Positions 27,510 through 38,009 of a stretch of DNA of 64,000 nucleotides are shown here, piece after piece; position 1 is the stretch's first letter, and each line of letters opens with the position of its first letter. A model generated the notes under the pieces. The model was not told the DNA's origin. It was given only the letters and a program-made list of their open reading frames with translations, and did not search any database. The position numbers and the translations under genes were made by a program. The DNA comes from Verrucomicrobiota bacterium (GTDB taxonomy: Bacteria > Verrucomicrobiota > Verrucomicrobiia > Limisphaerales > UBA11358), in the NCBI GenBank assembly GCA_049516255.1, contig JBEKTH010000005.1, forward strand, positions 7,798 through 71,797, given 5' to 3'.

Positions 27510-30497
27510 ATGAAATCCGGCCATCAAATGGCAGCCCTGGTCATCGTGCTCGCTGGCTTTGCCGTCACCGCCCCGGCACAGACAACAATATTCGACGAGA
27601 ACTTTGACGGCGGATATACAGGCTATTTCGGCACCGGTTCGTATTCGGGTGGCAGCCCCACCGCCACCAACAACGCGGTGATCACGACGGGCGGAAATCC
27701 GGGCGGCGCCTGGCAGGAAACCATGACGGCCACGACCTGGAGCGACTATTACGGCGGGATGGTTCAGTTGATGACGGTTTCCGGGAACACGGATCCGAAC
27801 CCGTCGGACTATATATTGTCCTTCGATGCCAAAGGCAGCCAGGCGGCCACCATTCCGCTTACCATCCAGACCTGGCCGGGTGATTATTATGCCGGTTCGG
27901 GGCCGGTCATAAACGCAACGGTCAACGAGACATTGACGGCTGCCAATACCTGGCAGACTTTCAGCGTAAACCTCGGCAGCATCACGACGGCCCCGCCAAT
28001 CGGCGCAACCTGGCAGTTGATCTTCCCGCTCGATTCCTGGTTATGGAACGGCCCCGGCTTCACCGACACCCTGACCATCGACAATATCAAGCTGGTGAAT
28101 ATTGGTAATCCCATTGCGCTCACCTCCTCATTCAACCCTTCTTCGTACGGCGGCGGTGTCACGTTTACCGCCACGGTCCTGACCAACGGGATCGCTGCCG
28201 GCGATGCCACCGGTCAGGTGGTTTTTTCCTCTGCCAGCGGTCCGTTCAGCACCAACACGGTGATTGGCGGCGTCGCCACCAGTTCTCCGATTACCAATCT
28301 CCCGTCGGGGACGGATGTGATTACCGCGACTTACTCCGGCGGCAACTATCCGGGCAGCGCCAATACGCTCAACCAACTCGTCGCCCCCGCCCCGGGCATC
28401 GCACAAAACAATCTTCCGATCTACACCGACAATCTGGTGAACGGATTTCAAAATTGGAGTGGGGCAACGGTGAATCTGACGAACACTTCGCCGGTTCATT
28501 CGGGCACCTATGCCATCAGTGTTACCGATGGCGGCAACTACCAGGCGCTGGTTTTTGAGCATCCGGACTTCAATACCGGCCTCTACAACTATTTCAGTTT
28601 TTGGATCAATGGCGGCAGCTCTGGCGGACAAAAGGTGCAAATATGGGGATTGCTGGATGGCACCAATCAGTCGGCCTATTCCCTGGGCGCATTGCCGGCC
28701 AACACCTGGCAGCAGGTGACCATTCTGCTCGCCTCCCTGGGCGTGGGCCACAAGCCGAATTGCACCGGCTTCGAGATTCAGGGCAACGATGGCGGCGCGG
28801 CCCAACCGACTTTTTACGTGGATGATGTCCAACTGGGAGCCGCGCCGGCGCCGGCCACGGTCCACCTGGGGGTTGACGCGGGGCAGGCCTTGCAAACCGT
28901 GGATGCGCGCCAGTTCGGACTCAACACCGGCACCTGGGACGACAGTCTGACCAATGCCCAAACGTTGCCAGAGTTTGAAGCCAGCGGTTGTTTGAACTTG
29001 CGCTGGCCGGGTGGTTCAACTTCCGATCAATACCATTGGGCCGGTGATCCGACCGGGAATGCCACTTTTCGCAACATCGCCACCAATCTGGGCGCCCAGG
29101 TTTTCACCACGGTCAATTACGGCACCGGCACGGCCGGTGAGGCGGCCGCCTGGGTGATCTCGGCCAACCAAACCAATCATTGCGGTTTCACGTATTGGGA
29201 AATTGGCAATGAATGCTATGGCACGTGGGAAACCGATTCCAATGCGGTCCCTCATGATCCTTACACGTATGCCACCAACGCAGCGGCTTACATTCAGCAA
29301 ATGAAGGCGGCTTACCCGGCCGTACCCATTCATGTGGGCATTGTCGTCGCGCCGGGAGAAGGAAGCTATTCCAACAACGCGACGCATTTTGCCATCAACC
29401 CACGCACGGGAACGACCAACTATGGCTGGACGCCCATCGTCTTGTCCGAGTTGAAAACCCTTGGAGTGATGCCCGATTTCCTCATTTACCATTTTTACTG
29501 GCAATACACCACCTATGGCTGGACGCCTTACTCGGAATCCGAAGACAGCGACGCCCTTCTGTTGCAGGTGGCCGGCAACCCGTGTCCCGTGGTGTGGAGC
29601 GACTGGGCCAGCGCCGCCGCCAACCTGCGCCAGCAAATCAGCGATTACCTCGGACCCGCCGGCAGCAACATCGAACTGTGTGTGACTGAGAACAACAGCG
29701 ACGCCGGGGCCGTGGGCCGGCAATCCACCAGCCTGGTCAACGCCCTTTACCTCGCCGACAGCACCAGCCAGCTCATGAAAACCGAATTCCGATCCTATCT
29801 CTTTTGGGATTTCCAAAATGACGAACCGGGGGCGGGCGGCGATTATGACCCGACGATCTATGGCTGGCGGGGGGTTGGTGATTACGGGATCGTGAATGGG
29901 CCAAGCACCCTGTATCCCACCTTTTACGCCGAAAAATTACTTCAATATTTTGCGCGGCCCGGCGATTCCGTCCTCAATGGCACCAGCGATTCGCTCCTGC
30001 TTTCCGCCTATGCCGTTCATCGCACCAACGGCGCCCTTACGCTGCTCGTCATCAACAAGGACATGACCACGAACCTCAATGCGCAAATCGGGCTGACCAA
30101 TTTTGCGCCATGGACCACCGCGACGATTCAATCCTACGGCATCCCGCAGGATCAGGCGGCGCAAAACAATGCCGGGGCGGCACAGCAGGATATTGCGACG
30201 ACGAATTTCCCGACCGCCGGCACGAACTTCACCTATTCGTTTCCACCCTTGTCACTGACGCTCTTCACGTTTGAACCGGAAGCTTCGACGCTCTCCGTGT
30301 CGGGCCTCCAGCCAGGAGAGGTACAACTGCTGCTGCAAGGCCAGCGCGGCACGCCTTATGTCATTCAAAATTCGCCGGATTTGACGACGTGGACCGCCAT
30401 CTCCACCAACACGCTCGTGGGGAGCACTTCGAACATCACCATCCTGGTTTTACCGGGTTCTCCGCAACAGTTTTACCGTGCTGTTTGGCAACCTTGA
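27510..30497 (+). CDS. Secreted clan GH-A glycoside hydrolase with N-terminal CBM-like and Ig-like modules and a C-terminal ~70-aa beta domain
   Basis: Signal peptide, LRWPGGSTSDQYHW, YWEIGNECYGTWE (acid/base Glu) and LCVTENNSD (nucleophile Glu). Paralog of 38010..40319. Confidence 0.7.
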   Translation: MKSGHQMAALVIVLAGFAVTAPAQTTIFDENFDGGYTGYFGTGSYSGGSPTATNNAVITTGGNPGGAWQETMTATTWSDYYGGMVQLMTVSGNTDPNPSDYILSFDAKGSQAATIPLTIQTWPGDYYAGSGPVINATVNETLTAANTWQTFSVNLGSITTAPPIGATWQLIFPLDSWLWNGPGFTDTLTIDNIKLVNIGNPIALTSSFNPSSYGGGVTFTATVLTNGIAAGDATGQVVFSSASGPFSTNTVIGGVATSSPITNLPSGTDVITATYSGGNYPGSANTLNQLVAPAPGIAQNNLPIYTDNLVNGFQNWSGATVNLTNTSPVHSGTYAISVTDGGNYQALVFEHPDFNTGLYNYFSFWINGGSSGGQKVQIWGLLDGTNQSAYSLGALPANTWQQVTILLASLGVGHKPNCTGFEIQGNDGGAAQPTFYVDDVQLGAAPAPATVHLGVDAGQALQTVDARQFGLNTGTWDDSLTNAQTLPEFEASGCLNLRWPGGSTSDQYHWAGDPTGNATFRNIATNLGAQVFTTVNYGTGTAGEAAAWVISANQTNHCGFTYWEIGNECYGTWETDSNAVPHDPYTYATNAAAYIQQMKAAYPAVPIHVGIVVAPGEGSYSNNATHFAINPRTGTTNYGWTPIVLSELKTLGVMPDFLIYHFYWQYTTYGWTPYSESEDSDALLLQVAGNPCPVVWSDWASAAANLRQQISDYLGPAGSNIELCVTENNSDAGAVGRQSTSLVNALYLADSTSQLMKTEFRSYLFWDFQNDEPGAGGDYDPTIYGWRGVGDYGIVNGPSTLYPTFYAEKLLQYFARPGDSVLNGTSDSLLLSAYAVHRTNGALTLLVINKDMTTNLNAQIGLTNFAPWTTATIQSYGIPQDQAAQNNAGAAQQDIATTNFPTAGTNFTYSFPPLSLTLFTFEPEASTLSVSGLQPGEVQLLLQGQRGTPYVIQNSPDLTTWTAISTNTLVGSTSNITILVLPGSPQQFYRAVWQP

Positions 30498-30597
30498 AAA
30501 AATTAGCGCGACCGGTTTTTCCTGGTCAAACGGCATCGCTGCCCGAGACAAACGGTTGAGTGCATTTCGGCGCGGCAAGTTGCGGTTGATCTGCGGC

Positions 30598-30668
30598 TGA
30601 AAGTTGAAGGTTGAAGGTTGAGAATGAAAACAGATTTCGCGTGTCCGGCGTCTTTCGCGGTCAAAACC
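30598..30668 (+). repeat. Composite repeat: GTTGAAG-type heptads (30598-30631) plus a CTTGGCG-type repeat (30631-30668)
   Basis: TGAAAGT TGAAGGT TGAAGGT TGAGAAT, then CAGATTTCGCGTGTCCGGCGTCTTTCGCGGTCAAAACC. Same order and orientation as 27236-27335. Confidence 0.8.
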
Positions 30669-30686
30669 TTTGCCCCTTTGCTGAAT

Positions 30687-33590
30687 TTATTGCACGCCGA
30701 CGCGGTAGAAAACGGAATCGCCGTTGTTGGCCGTGGTGTCCGTGTAGCTGGTGGTGATGGGTTGGCCGGTAATATTGGTTTGAATGGTCGTGAACGCCGG
30801 TTGCGCGCCCAAATCCGTGCCGCGTTGGAGGTAATAAGTTATACCGCTGACGCTTTCCCAGGTGACGGTGGTGCCGGAAACTCCGTTGGGTACGATAGAC
30901 GTCAACTTCAGGACGGACGTGGGGTCCAGGGGATCCGTGCCGGCAATCCATTCCTGCCAGTTGTTCATGCCGTCATCGTCCGAATCAATGTAATCGGCTG
31001 AACCATCGAGCGGCAGGCCGTAACGCCGAAGCCACGGAATGGGGATGGGCAGCCCCAGGTTCGAACCCTGAAACTCATAAGCGCCCATGTCCTCGATGCC
31101 TCCGACGATGCGCGGGTTGCCGTCCAGGTCCGTGAGGATGATCGGGGCCGTGGGCGCAAGGTTGATGCCGCCATTGATGGTCGGCGAATTGGTTTGCTGG
31201 TGATAATCGCCGGTGGCCGGATTCACGAAGACCGGCGGGTTGGTGAAGCTGTCCACGTCGGGTGCGGCCGGGACCGTGCAGCAGTAGCTGAAGGAGCCGC
31301 CGGACCAGTTGGAACTGGCGGGCGCAACATTGTAATAAACGATGGTGTTGTAATGCGAACAGCCAAACGTTCCGCCGCTACTGATGGCTGCCGTATTGCT
31401 GCAAACCGTGCAATTGTAAAGCGTGGCATTCTCGGCGCCGCCGCCATTGGTGGCGGTATTTCCGTACAGAAGGCAGTTGTACAATATCCCGCTCAGGGCG
31501 CCACCGCCATTGCCGGACGAGTTGGCAGTGAAGATGCAGTTGGAGGACATCCCGGCGTTGGCGCCGCCGCCGTCGCTGCCGGAATTTTCCGACAACGTGC
31601 AGAAATAATTTGTGGATTGATAGGCCCCGCCGGAGTTGCCGTGATTGTGGCTCACGATGCAGTAATTCAACGCGCTTTGGTAGGCGCCGCCGCCGGAAGA
31701 AGCGGCCGTGTTCGAGATGACCAGGCAGTTGAACAGCGTGCTTTGGTAGGCGCCGCCGCCGGGACCGCCGGTGCTTGAATTCGTGGAGATTGTGCAATTA
31801 TAGAGTGTGCTCCGATAAACGCCGCCGGCGCCGTAATAGGACCAATTGGCCGTGATCACGCAGTTGGAGGCCGTTGACTGGTACAGTCCGCCGCCAAAGT
31901 GTCCACCGGCATGCCAGGAATTGTTCACGACCGTGCTGTTGTAAAGCACCGCCATGGCCGCACCACCGCCATACGCCGCGTTGTTGTTCGTAAGCATGCT
32001 GTTGTAAATTGTGCCACCGAAGACGCCGCCACCGAAACCGTAACTGGGACCGGCGTTATCCCCGACCACAATGCAATTGGACACCACCCCGCCGGGGGCG
32101 CACCAGGCGCCGCCACCGCTCTGTTCGTTCGTGATGTCTCCGCCAATCACCCCGCTGCCATTCCCATTGGTCAGCGTAAATCCCATCAGGACGGCGTTGG
32201 TGCCGACATAAACGCAGCGTGTCTGCGATCCGCCCGCAATCACCGCCGCGCGCGGTCCTCCCGAACTGACCAGCGTGATGGCGTTGGTCAACGCCACGCG
32301 ATTGGTTTCCGCGCCGTAAACCACCGCGCCGCTGTTCATGTACACGCCGTCACCGGCAATGACAAATTCCCCCGCCTGGGCTGAGGCGACGGCGTCCTGC
32401 AGGTTGGTGGCCGCCGTCGGCCAGTTCGTGTAAGGCGCGACGGGATTGGTGCTGGTCAAACTGACATAGTGCGCGGTTCCCGAAAACGGCGATTGGTTTT
32501 CATAAGCGCCCATGTCCACGGCGGCGCCGACGATGCGCGGGTTGCCGTCCAGGTCCGTGCTGTTGGTGGCGACGGCATTGTTGCCGGCGTCAATGCAGCG
32601 GGACCATGGCGTCAGATGAAAATCGCCGGCATCCGGGTTCACAAAGCCGGGCGCGTTGCTGATGCTGTTGTTCGGCACGGTGGGGTTGCCGAGTCCCAGA
32701 GTCGTGCAGCAATTGGTCAGGCGGCACATATAACAGTCGGCGTAGATCCCGTTGACGTTGTAATAAATGATGCTGTTGTTCAGGTTGCAATCGTCCGCTG
32801 CGCCCAGAATGCGCGAGAAATTTCCCGCGAGCGTGCAATTGTACAGGGTGCTGAGGTAGGCGGCGCCGCCGTCGCTGCCGGTGACATTGTTGGTGCTGCC
32901 GTTGCCGGTGAGGAGGCTGTCATAGACTGTGCAATTGCCAATGCCGCCGCCGTTGGCCGCGACATTGTTGCTGACAATGCAATTGACCAGTGTGCTGCCG
33001 TAGGCTCCACCGCCTGACCCGCCGCTCATTGCGATATTTCCGCTCAGGACACAATTCACCAGCAGACTGTTGTTGAACGATTCGCTGCCCGCGCCGTTGC
33101 CGGCGGACGCGTTGCCGGTGATGACGCAGTTGCTGATGACGCAAAACGTTTCCGAAATCACACCGCCGCCGTAGCCGGAACCCGACGCGCCGTTCGTCAA
33201 CGTGAAACCGGACAGGGAGGAAAATTCAGTCAGATAAACACAACGGACCGCGCTGGGCCCGTTCGTGGTGCCGGGAACCTGATAGCCCATAATGAAAGTC
33301 ACCGCGGGGCCATTCACACTTTGCAGCGTCGCCTCGTTGATGACATGAACCCGGTTGGATCCGGAAAACGAGTCGCCGCCGTATTGATAAATGCCATTCG
33401 TAACCAGGACGAGGTCGCCGGCGCCGGTGGTACTCATCGCATCTTGAATGTTTGTCGCCGCCGTGGCCCAGCTCGTGTACGGCACAACGGGGTTCGTGCC
33501 GCCGGCGTCCACATAATGCGTCGTGATCGCCGGGGCGGTATAAACCAACAGCACGGAACAAGCTGCCGCCAGGGGCAACGTGGATTTCAT
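30687..33590 (-). CDS. Secreted right-handed beta-helix protein (choice-of-anchor-Q-like repeats)
   Basis: Signal peptide and many GGGAY..S.L.NC beta-helix repeats. Two DLDGNPRIVG..DMGAYE motifs, DSDDDGMNNWQEWIAGTDP, and a C-terminal domain ending FYRVGVQ. Confidence 0.7.
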   Translation of the reverse strand: MKSTLPLAAACSVLLVYTAPAITTHYVDAGGTNPVVPYTSWATAATNIQDAMSTTGAGDLVLVTNGIYQYGGDSFSGSNRVHVINEATLQSVNGPAVTFIMGYQVPGTTNGPSAVRCVYLTEFSSLSGFTLTNGASGSGYGGGVISETFCVISNCVITGNASAGNGAGSESFNNSLLVNCVLSGNIAMSGGSGGGAYGSTLVNCIVSNNVAANGGGIGNCTVYDSLLTGNGSTNNVTGSDGGAAYLSTLYNCTLAGNFSRILGAADDCNLNNSIIYYNVNGIYADCYMCRLTNCCTTLGLGNPTVPNNSISNAPGFVNPDAGDFHLTPWSRCIDAGNNAVATNSTDLDGNPRIVGAAVDMGAYENQSPFSGTAHYVSLTSTNPVAPYTNWPTAATNLQDAVASAQAGEFVIAGDGVYMNSGAVVYGAETNRVALTNAITLVSSGGPRAAVIAGGSQTRCVYVGTNAVLMGFTLTNGNGSGVIGGDITNEQSGGGAWCAPGGVVSNCIVVGDNAGPSYGFGGGVFGGTIYNSMLTNNNAAYGGGAAMAVLYNSTVVNNSWHAGGHFGGGLYQSTASNCVITANWSYYGAGGVYRSTLYNCTISTNSSTGGPGGGAYQSTLFNCLVISNTAASSGGGAYQSALNYCIVSHNHGNSGGAYQSTNYFCTLSENSGSDGGGANAGMSSNCIFTANSSGNGGGALSGILYNCLLYGNTATNGGGAENATLYNCTVCSNTAAISSGGTFGCSHYNTIVYYNVAPASSNWSGGSFSYCCTVPAAPDVDSFTNPPVFVNPATGDYHQQTNSPTINGGINLAPTAPIILTDLDGNPRIVGGIEDMGAYEFQGSNLGLPIPIPWLRRYGLPLDGSADYIDSDDDGMNNWQEWIAGTDPLDPTSVLKLTSIVPNGVSGTTVTWESVSGITYYLQRGTDLGAQPAFTTIQTNITGQPITTSYTDTTANNGDSVFYRVGVQ

Positions 33591-33704
33591 GGTCAGGGTT
33601 GGCCCTTTTCTAACATTTCATGAACTTATATTCAAGTTAAAACCATGAAACGTTAGCGGGTGGATGGGTTTTCAATCCGGGTTTTCCACCGTTTCCCCGT
33701 AAAA

Positions 33705-35321
33705 TTAATCCTCCGCGTCTTCGCCCTTCCCGTGTCGCAACCGCGCTTCCGCCAGATCGATGTCCCGCTGGATGCGGCGCAGAACTTCGTCGCTGATAAC
33801 GCCATCGTTACGAAGTTGCAGGATGGTCTTCCGTTCCTCCATCAGCGTTTCTTGTGACAGATGTTCGTATTCGGAGGAAAACAGGTGGCGTGGGGTACTG
33901 GCCTTTTCCGTTTCGGTGACCTCCAACTGGCGGATGCGGTCCTCGTATTCGATGCTCAATCGCCGTTTTGCGTCCGCCTTCGACGGGTTGTGTTCGGGAA
34001 TTTGTTTGAGCCGGGCAAGGGCGGCTTGATTGGCTTTGAGCCGGGCTTCGCGTTCCTCCCTGGCGACAGACCCATCGTCCTTGATGCCGAGCCGGCGAAT
34101 CAGCAGGGGCAGGCTCAAGCCCTGCACCACCAGCGTCGCCACGATCACAATGAAGGTGAGGAACAGGATCAAATCGCGGTATGGAAAAGGATCGCCGCCC
34201 TGAATCGTGAGCGGCAACGCCAGGGCCGCGGCGAGTGAAACCACCCCGCGCATGCCCGTCCAGGCCACAATCGTGACGTGACGCCAGGACGGGTACGGAT
34301 CCTTTTCCCGGATGCGCTTGAACAGCAGGCGCGGCAGATAGGACGCAGGGAACACCCAGAGGATGCGGATGAGAATCACCGCCAGGCTGATGACCAGCGC
34401 ATACCACACGAGCTGGCCGATGGAATAATTCGTATGGTCGGACAACGCGCGCAACACTTCGGGCAGTTGCAATCCGATCAGGATGAAGACGAAACCGTTC
34501 AGGAGAAATTCCACCATTTCCCAGACCGGCCCGGCCTGAAGCCGGGTCCGGAAACTGATGAGTTCGGGCATGCGCCGGCCGAGATACAGGCCGGCGGTCA
34601 CGACGGCGAGCACCCCGGAAACGCCGAGATGTTCGGCTGACAAATAGGCGACAAATGGCGTCAGCAGTGAAACGGTGATTTCAATCGGCGCATCGTCCAC
34701 GCGCTTGTGGAACTGCGTCGCCAGCCAGCCCACCGCCAGACCGACCAATATGCCGCCGACACCGACGACCACGAATTCCCCGCTGGCCCGGGTGAGGGAA
34801 AACGAACCGGTCGCCACGGCCACCACCGCAAAGCGATAGGCGACCAAGGCGGTCGCATCATTGACCAGACTTTCGCCTTCCAAGACGGTAACGATCCGGC
34901 GCGGAACGTTCAGCCGTTCGGCGATCGCCGTGGCGGCGATGGCGTCAGGCGGGGAGATGATGGCACCCAGAACAAACCCAACCGCGAGCGGCAGATGGAA
35001 AAAAAGGAACGCCAGCCACGCGACCGCGACCGTGGTAAAGAGGACGAGCCCGATGGCGAGCAGCGAAATGGGACGGAGGTTGGCGCGGAAATCGCGCCAT
35101 GAGGTGAACAGCGCCGCCGGGAAAAGGAGTGGCGGCAGAAAGAAAAGAAAAACCAGTTCCGGATCGAGCCGGACCTTGGGCAACCCGGGAATCAAACCGA
35201 TCAACACTCCGCCAATGACGAAAAAGATGGGATACGGGATATGCAAGCGGCGGGCCAGCAGCGCCAGAACCGCCACGGCCAGCAACAATCCCACAAAAAT
35301 GTCGACGATGTACCCCGTCAT
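33705..35321 (-). CDS. Na+/H+ antiporter (CPA1/NhaP type) with a cytoplasmic C-terminal tail
   Basis: Start at MTGYIVDIFVG inside ORF 33705..35372. About 12 TM segments with the AIISPPDAIAA and VLEGESLVNDATALV motifs. Confidence 0.8.
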   Translation of the reverse strand: MTGYIVDIFVGLLLAVAVLALLARRLHIPYPIFFVIGGVLIGLIPGLPKVRLDPELVFLFFLPPLLFPAALFTSWRDFRANLRPISLLAIGLVLFTTVAVAWLAFLFFHLPLAVGFVLGAIISPPDAIAATAIAERLNVPRRIVTVLEGESLVNDATALVAYRFAVVAVATGSFSLTRASGEFVVVGVGGILVGLAVGWLATQFHKRVDDAPIEITVSLLTPFVAYLSAEHLGVSGVLAVVTAGLYLGRRMPELISFRTRLQAGPVWEMVEFLLNGFVFILIGLQLPEVLRALSDHTNYSIGQLVWYALVISLAVILIRILWVFPASYLPRLLFKRIREKDPYPSWRHVTIVAWTGMRGVVSLAAALALPLTIQGGDPFPYRDLILFLTFIVIVATLVVQGLSLPLLIRRLGIKDDGSVAREEREARLKANQAALARLKQIPEHNPSKADAKRRLSIEYEDRIRQLEVTETEKASTPRHLFSSEYEHLSQETLMEERKTILQLRNDGVISDEVLRRIQRDIDLAEARLRHGKGEDAED

Positions 35322-35399
35322 GCCGGGCAAAAGATAGCAAGGCCGAACGCAGAAGCCATCCCCCTTCGCCAAGGCTATAGTGGACAGGGAAGGAAGCGG

Positions 35400-36851
35400 T
35401 CAGGAGCCGGGAGAAAAGTGCAGGATGGTCGCCGAGGCGGCCGCCACCTGAACCGTCAGGTTGCCGGAATCAACGTCTTTGATTTTTTCCCACTGGCCCG
35501 ACCAGGTTCCCTGCGGGTCAATGGCAGCGCCACCGAGCATCACGCCCGTTTTGGCGGCCACATCCTGATTTGTCTGCACCAGATCCATTTGTTGCCATGT
35601 GCCTGAGCCCGAGCCGGGGAGCAGCCGGAGGGAAACCGACGCCGTTTGTGCCTCGTCGCCGTAGCTCTTGTTGATCAGGGTCACATAAACAGAGTTGTCG
35701 CGGTCGCGATAGGCGTAGGCATTGAAATTAAACCTGGGTGCCGTTTGAATGTTCACGCCGAGGGGTCGTCCCTGTGCACCCTGGCTGAAAGCCAGCAAGG
35801 CATAGGCTTGCGGTCGCATGGCAATGCCATGGCCATCCGGCTGATGCACGAACGCGGCATAGTTCGCGGCACCAAACCCGCCATCCCGCCCCACCTTTTC
35901 TCCGGTGTGATAATTCACGCCGAGGATGTGGTGCGCCGCCCACCAATGGGTGCAATCCAGCGCCCACAAGGTGGAAGCGTAGGTGTCGCTCGAATCTTTG
36001 GCCCCGCCATTGTAGCAACTGTTCATCTCATCTATCCGGTAAGGCACCCCCTGGGTGGCCAGCACCGCGCCGACCTGGGCATAGTCTCGTTCGTATTCGC
36101 CATCGAGACGGTTGGAAAGAAAGCGGGCCCGGGACGCGGGCGGGTCTTTTTCAGCCGCCCGGCCAGAGCCCAGAAAATAATAGTGATCGCTTGCCATCGC
36201 CAGGTGTCCGTCCGCAAACAGGACCTTGGCCAGGTTCAACGCATAGCTTCCGCTGGCGCTCGGTCCGTCAATCTGCGCCTCAGGTACGGCCTTCAGAATG
36301 GCGTCATAGTGGGGTTTCCATTGTGCAAAAAAGGTCTCAAAGGTTTTGAAATAAAAATTGGGCTCGTTGCCGATGGAATAGCAGTCGAGGGCATCGGTAT
36401 CATGGGCTGCAATATAACCGGCCAGTCGCGCCGATTCGGACGGATCGCCATTTTTCAGGCGGAACGAATAAATCACCGTTACCCCGGCTGCCCGCGCGAA
36501 TTTAAACAGCATGTCGATGTCCTTTTCCTGCGGCACCGGGATGCGCGGATCGTCCACCGCATTGGCGCCGACGCGCAGGCTTTTGATGCCGAGGGTCTGG
36601 AAGGCATTGACCAGCGCCTGATCGTCGGGGTCAAAATAGTATCGCCCGTTCGCGGGCAGCAGCATGGACATCTCGTAGCTCAGGCCCAGAAAACGGGGTG
36701 CCAGTTCGGGACCATTGCCATCGGTCGTCACGGTGATGGCCACAGGCTGGGTCTGGGCCGTGGCGACATGTGGAATCAGCAGCGTCAGGGCGAGCAACGG
36801 AAGCGAGAAAAGAAATTTCCCCGGGCACTGGTTCAAAAAAAGGCGGTTCAT
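35400..36851 (-). CDS. Secreted glycoside hydrolase, GH79-like
   Basis: Signal peptide, RFLGLSYEMS, LRVGANAVDD, YSIGNEPNFY. The family assignment is tentative. Confidence 0.55.
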   Translation of the reverse strand: MNRLFLNQCPGKFLFSLPLLALTLLIPHVATAQTQPVAITVTTDGNGPELAPRFLGLSYEMSMLLPANGRYYFDPDDQALVNAFQTLGIKSLRVGANAVDDPRIPVPQEKDIDMLFKFARAAGVTVIYSFRLKNGDPSESARLAGYIAAHDTDALDCYSIGNEPNFYFKTFETFFAQWKPHYDAILKAVPEAQIDGPSASGSYALNLAKVLFADGHLAMASDHYYFLGSGRAAEKDPPASRARFLSNRLDGEYERDYAQVGAVLATQGVPYRIDEMNSCYNGGAKDSSDTYASTLWALDCTHWWAAHHILGVNYHTGEKVGRDGGFGAANYAAFVHQPDGHGIAMRPQAYALLAFSQGAQGRPLGVNIQTAPRFNFNAYAYRDRDNSVYVTLINKSYGDEAQTASVSLRLLPGSGSGTWQQMDLVQTNQDVAAKTGVMLGGAAIDPQGTWSGQWEKIKDVDSGNLTVQVAAASATILHFSPGS

Positions 36852-36918
36852 GGGCCGTGATTTTAAATGAGGCTGTCTCTGGTGACAATTATGATAATTT
36901 TAAGGTGGTGGCACAGTT

Positions 36919-37009
36919 TGGTGGGGCAAGCAGCCTGTCCCGCTCTGCGGTGATCCTCGCGAGCCGTCTTGCCGCGCAAAGGCCGACGCGTCAGTCGCCT
37001 CGCCCCACC
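36919..37009. repeat. ~90-nt hairpin-type dispersed repeat (outer stem GGTGGGGCAAG / CTCGCCCCACC)
   Basis: Its left half (36917-36961) is about 91 percent identical to the reverse complement of hypF 14261-14305. Confidence 0.75.
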
Positions 37010-37070
37010 GGACCGCACCATTACGAAATGCTTCTGGTGTTCAACCCCCCGATGGTGCACAATCATAATC

Positions 37071-37616
37071 ATGGAACAATCATCGCATCAAAAAATGTCT
37101 TTACCGTCGCCCGTGTCCGGGCCGGAAATGGCCCCCCCAAAAACCGGTTACGGGGACGCGGAGGTGCAATTCGGCATGGGATTGAAGTTTGCGGCCGACC
37201 CGGGGGCGGCCCAGGATTACCGGCAGGCCGCAGAGTGGTACCACAAGGCGGCGGAACAGAACCATTCCATGGCACAATTCAATCTCGGAGTGATGTATGC
37301 CCGGGGACAGGGTGTCAACCGGGACGCCGCCCAATCGGCGATGTGGTTTGGCAAGGCTGCGCACCTGGGAGACGCCGGAGCCCAGTATCATCTGGGGGAC
37401 AGTTGTCACCGTGCCAGCATTGTTCAGGCACCGGCGGAGGCCGCTGAATCAAGGATTGAAGCTTACAAATGGTATCGTCTGGCCGCCGCGCAAGACTACC
37501 GCAACTCGATCATGGCCTGGTCCAATCTGACGCTCAACATGAGCCGGGCGGATGTTGCGGCCGGCGATCAGCGCGTGGCTGAATTTGAGATCACCAAGAC
37601 GGCAGTCGGTGGTTAG
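37071..37616 (+). CDS. Sel1-repeat (SLR) protein
   Basis: Start at ATG 37071 inside ORF 36969..37616. Repeats such as AAEWYHKAAEQNHSMAQFNLGVMYARGQGV and AMWFGKAAHLGDAGAQYHLG. Confidence 0.8.
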   Translation: MEQSSHQKMSLPSPVSGPEMAPPKTGYGDAEVQFGMGLKFAADPGAAQDYRQAAEWYHKAAEQNHSMAQFNLGVMYARGQGVNRDAAQSAMWFGKAAHLGDAGAQYHLGDSCHRASIVQAPAEAAESRIEAYKWYRLAAAQDYRNSIMAWSNLTLNMSRADVAAGDQRVAEFEITKTAVGG

Positions 37617-37664
37617 TCGTCAGTGGTCGGCAACCAAGGCTGGGGCGTTTCCAATTATAACGTA

Positions 37665-37930
37665 GCAAGTAGCGCAGGCTTTCCAGCCTGCGGGTTTTGG
37701 CGACTTTCCAGTCGCCACGTTTATGCAGAAAAACACGGGACCAGAAAGTCCCACAGACCCGCAGACAAGAATGTTGCATTGTAGAAACCATCGCCCGACA
37801 CTGCAACGGTCGTTTCCCTCGCCCCGCAGCAAAGCGCGGGGAGAGGATGTCGCGCAGCGACCGGAGAGGGGATTTCAACACCACCTCGCCCCGGCCCTCT
37901 CCCCCAACTGCGTTTGCGGAGAGGGAGTTC
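37665..37930. repeat. Cluster of short hairpin repeats
   Basis: Twin TTTCCA-loop hairpins: GCAGGC-tttcca-GCCTGC and TGGCGAC-tttcca-GTCGCCA at 37672-37718. Also CCTCGCCCCGC..GCGGGGAGAGG at 37816-37846 and CCCTCTCC..GGAGAGGG at 37884-37926. Confidence 0.7.
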
Positions 37931-38009
37931 AAATGGGGCGTCCTCAACTGTTTCGATGGTTTCTACAAACCAACAAGAATGTCCGCACTACATCAAAGCT
38001 GAAACCGCT

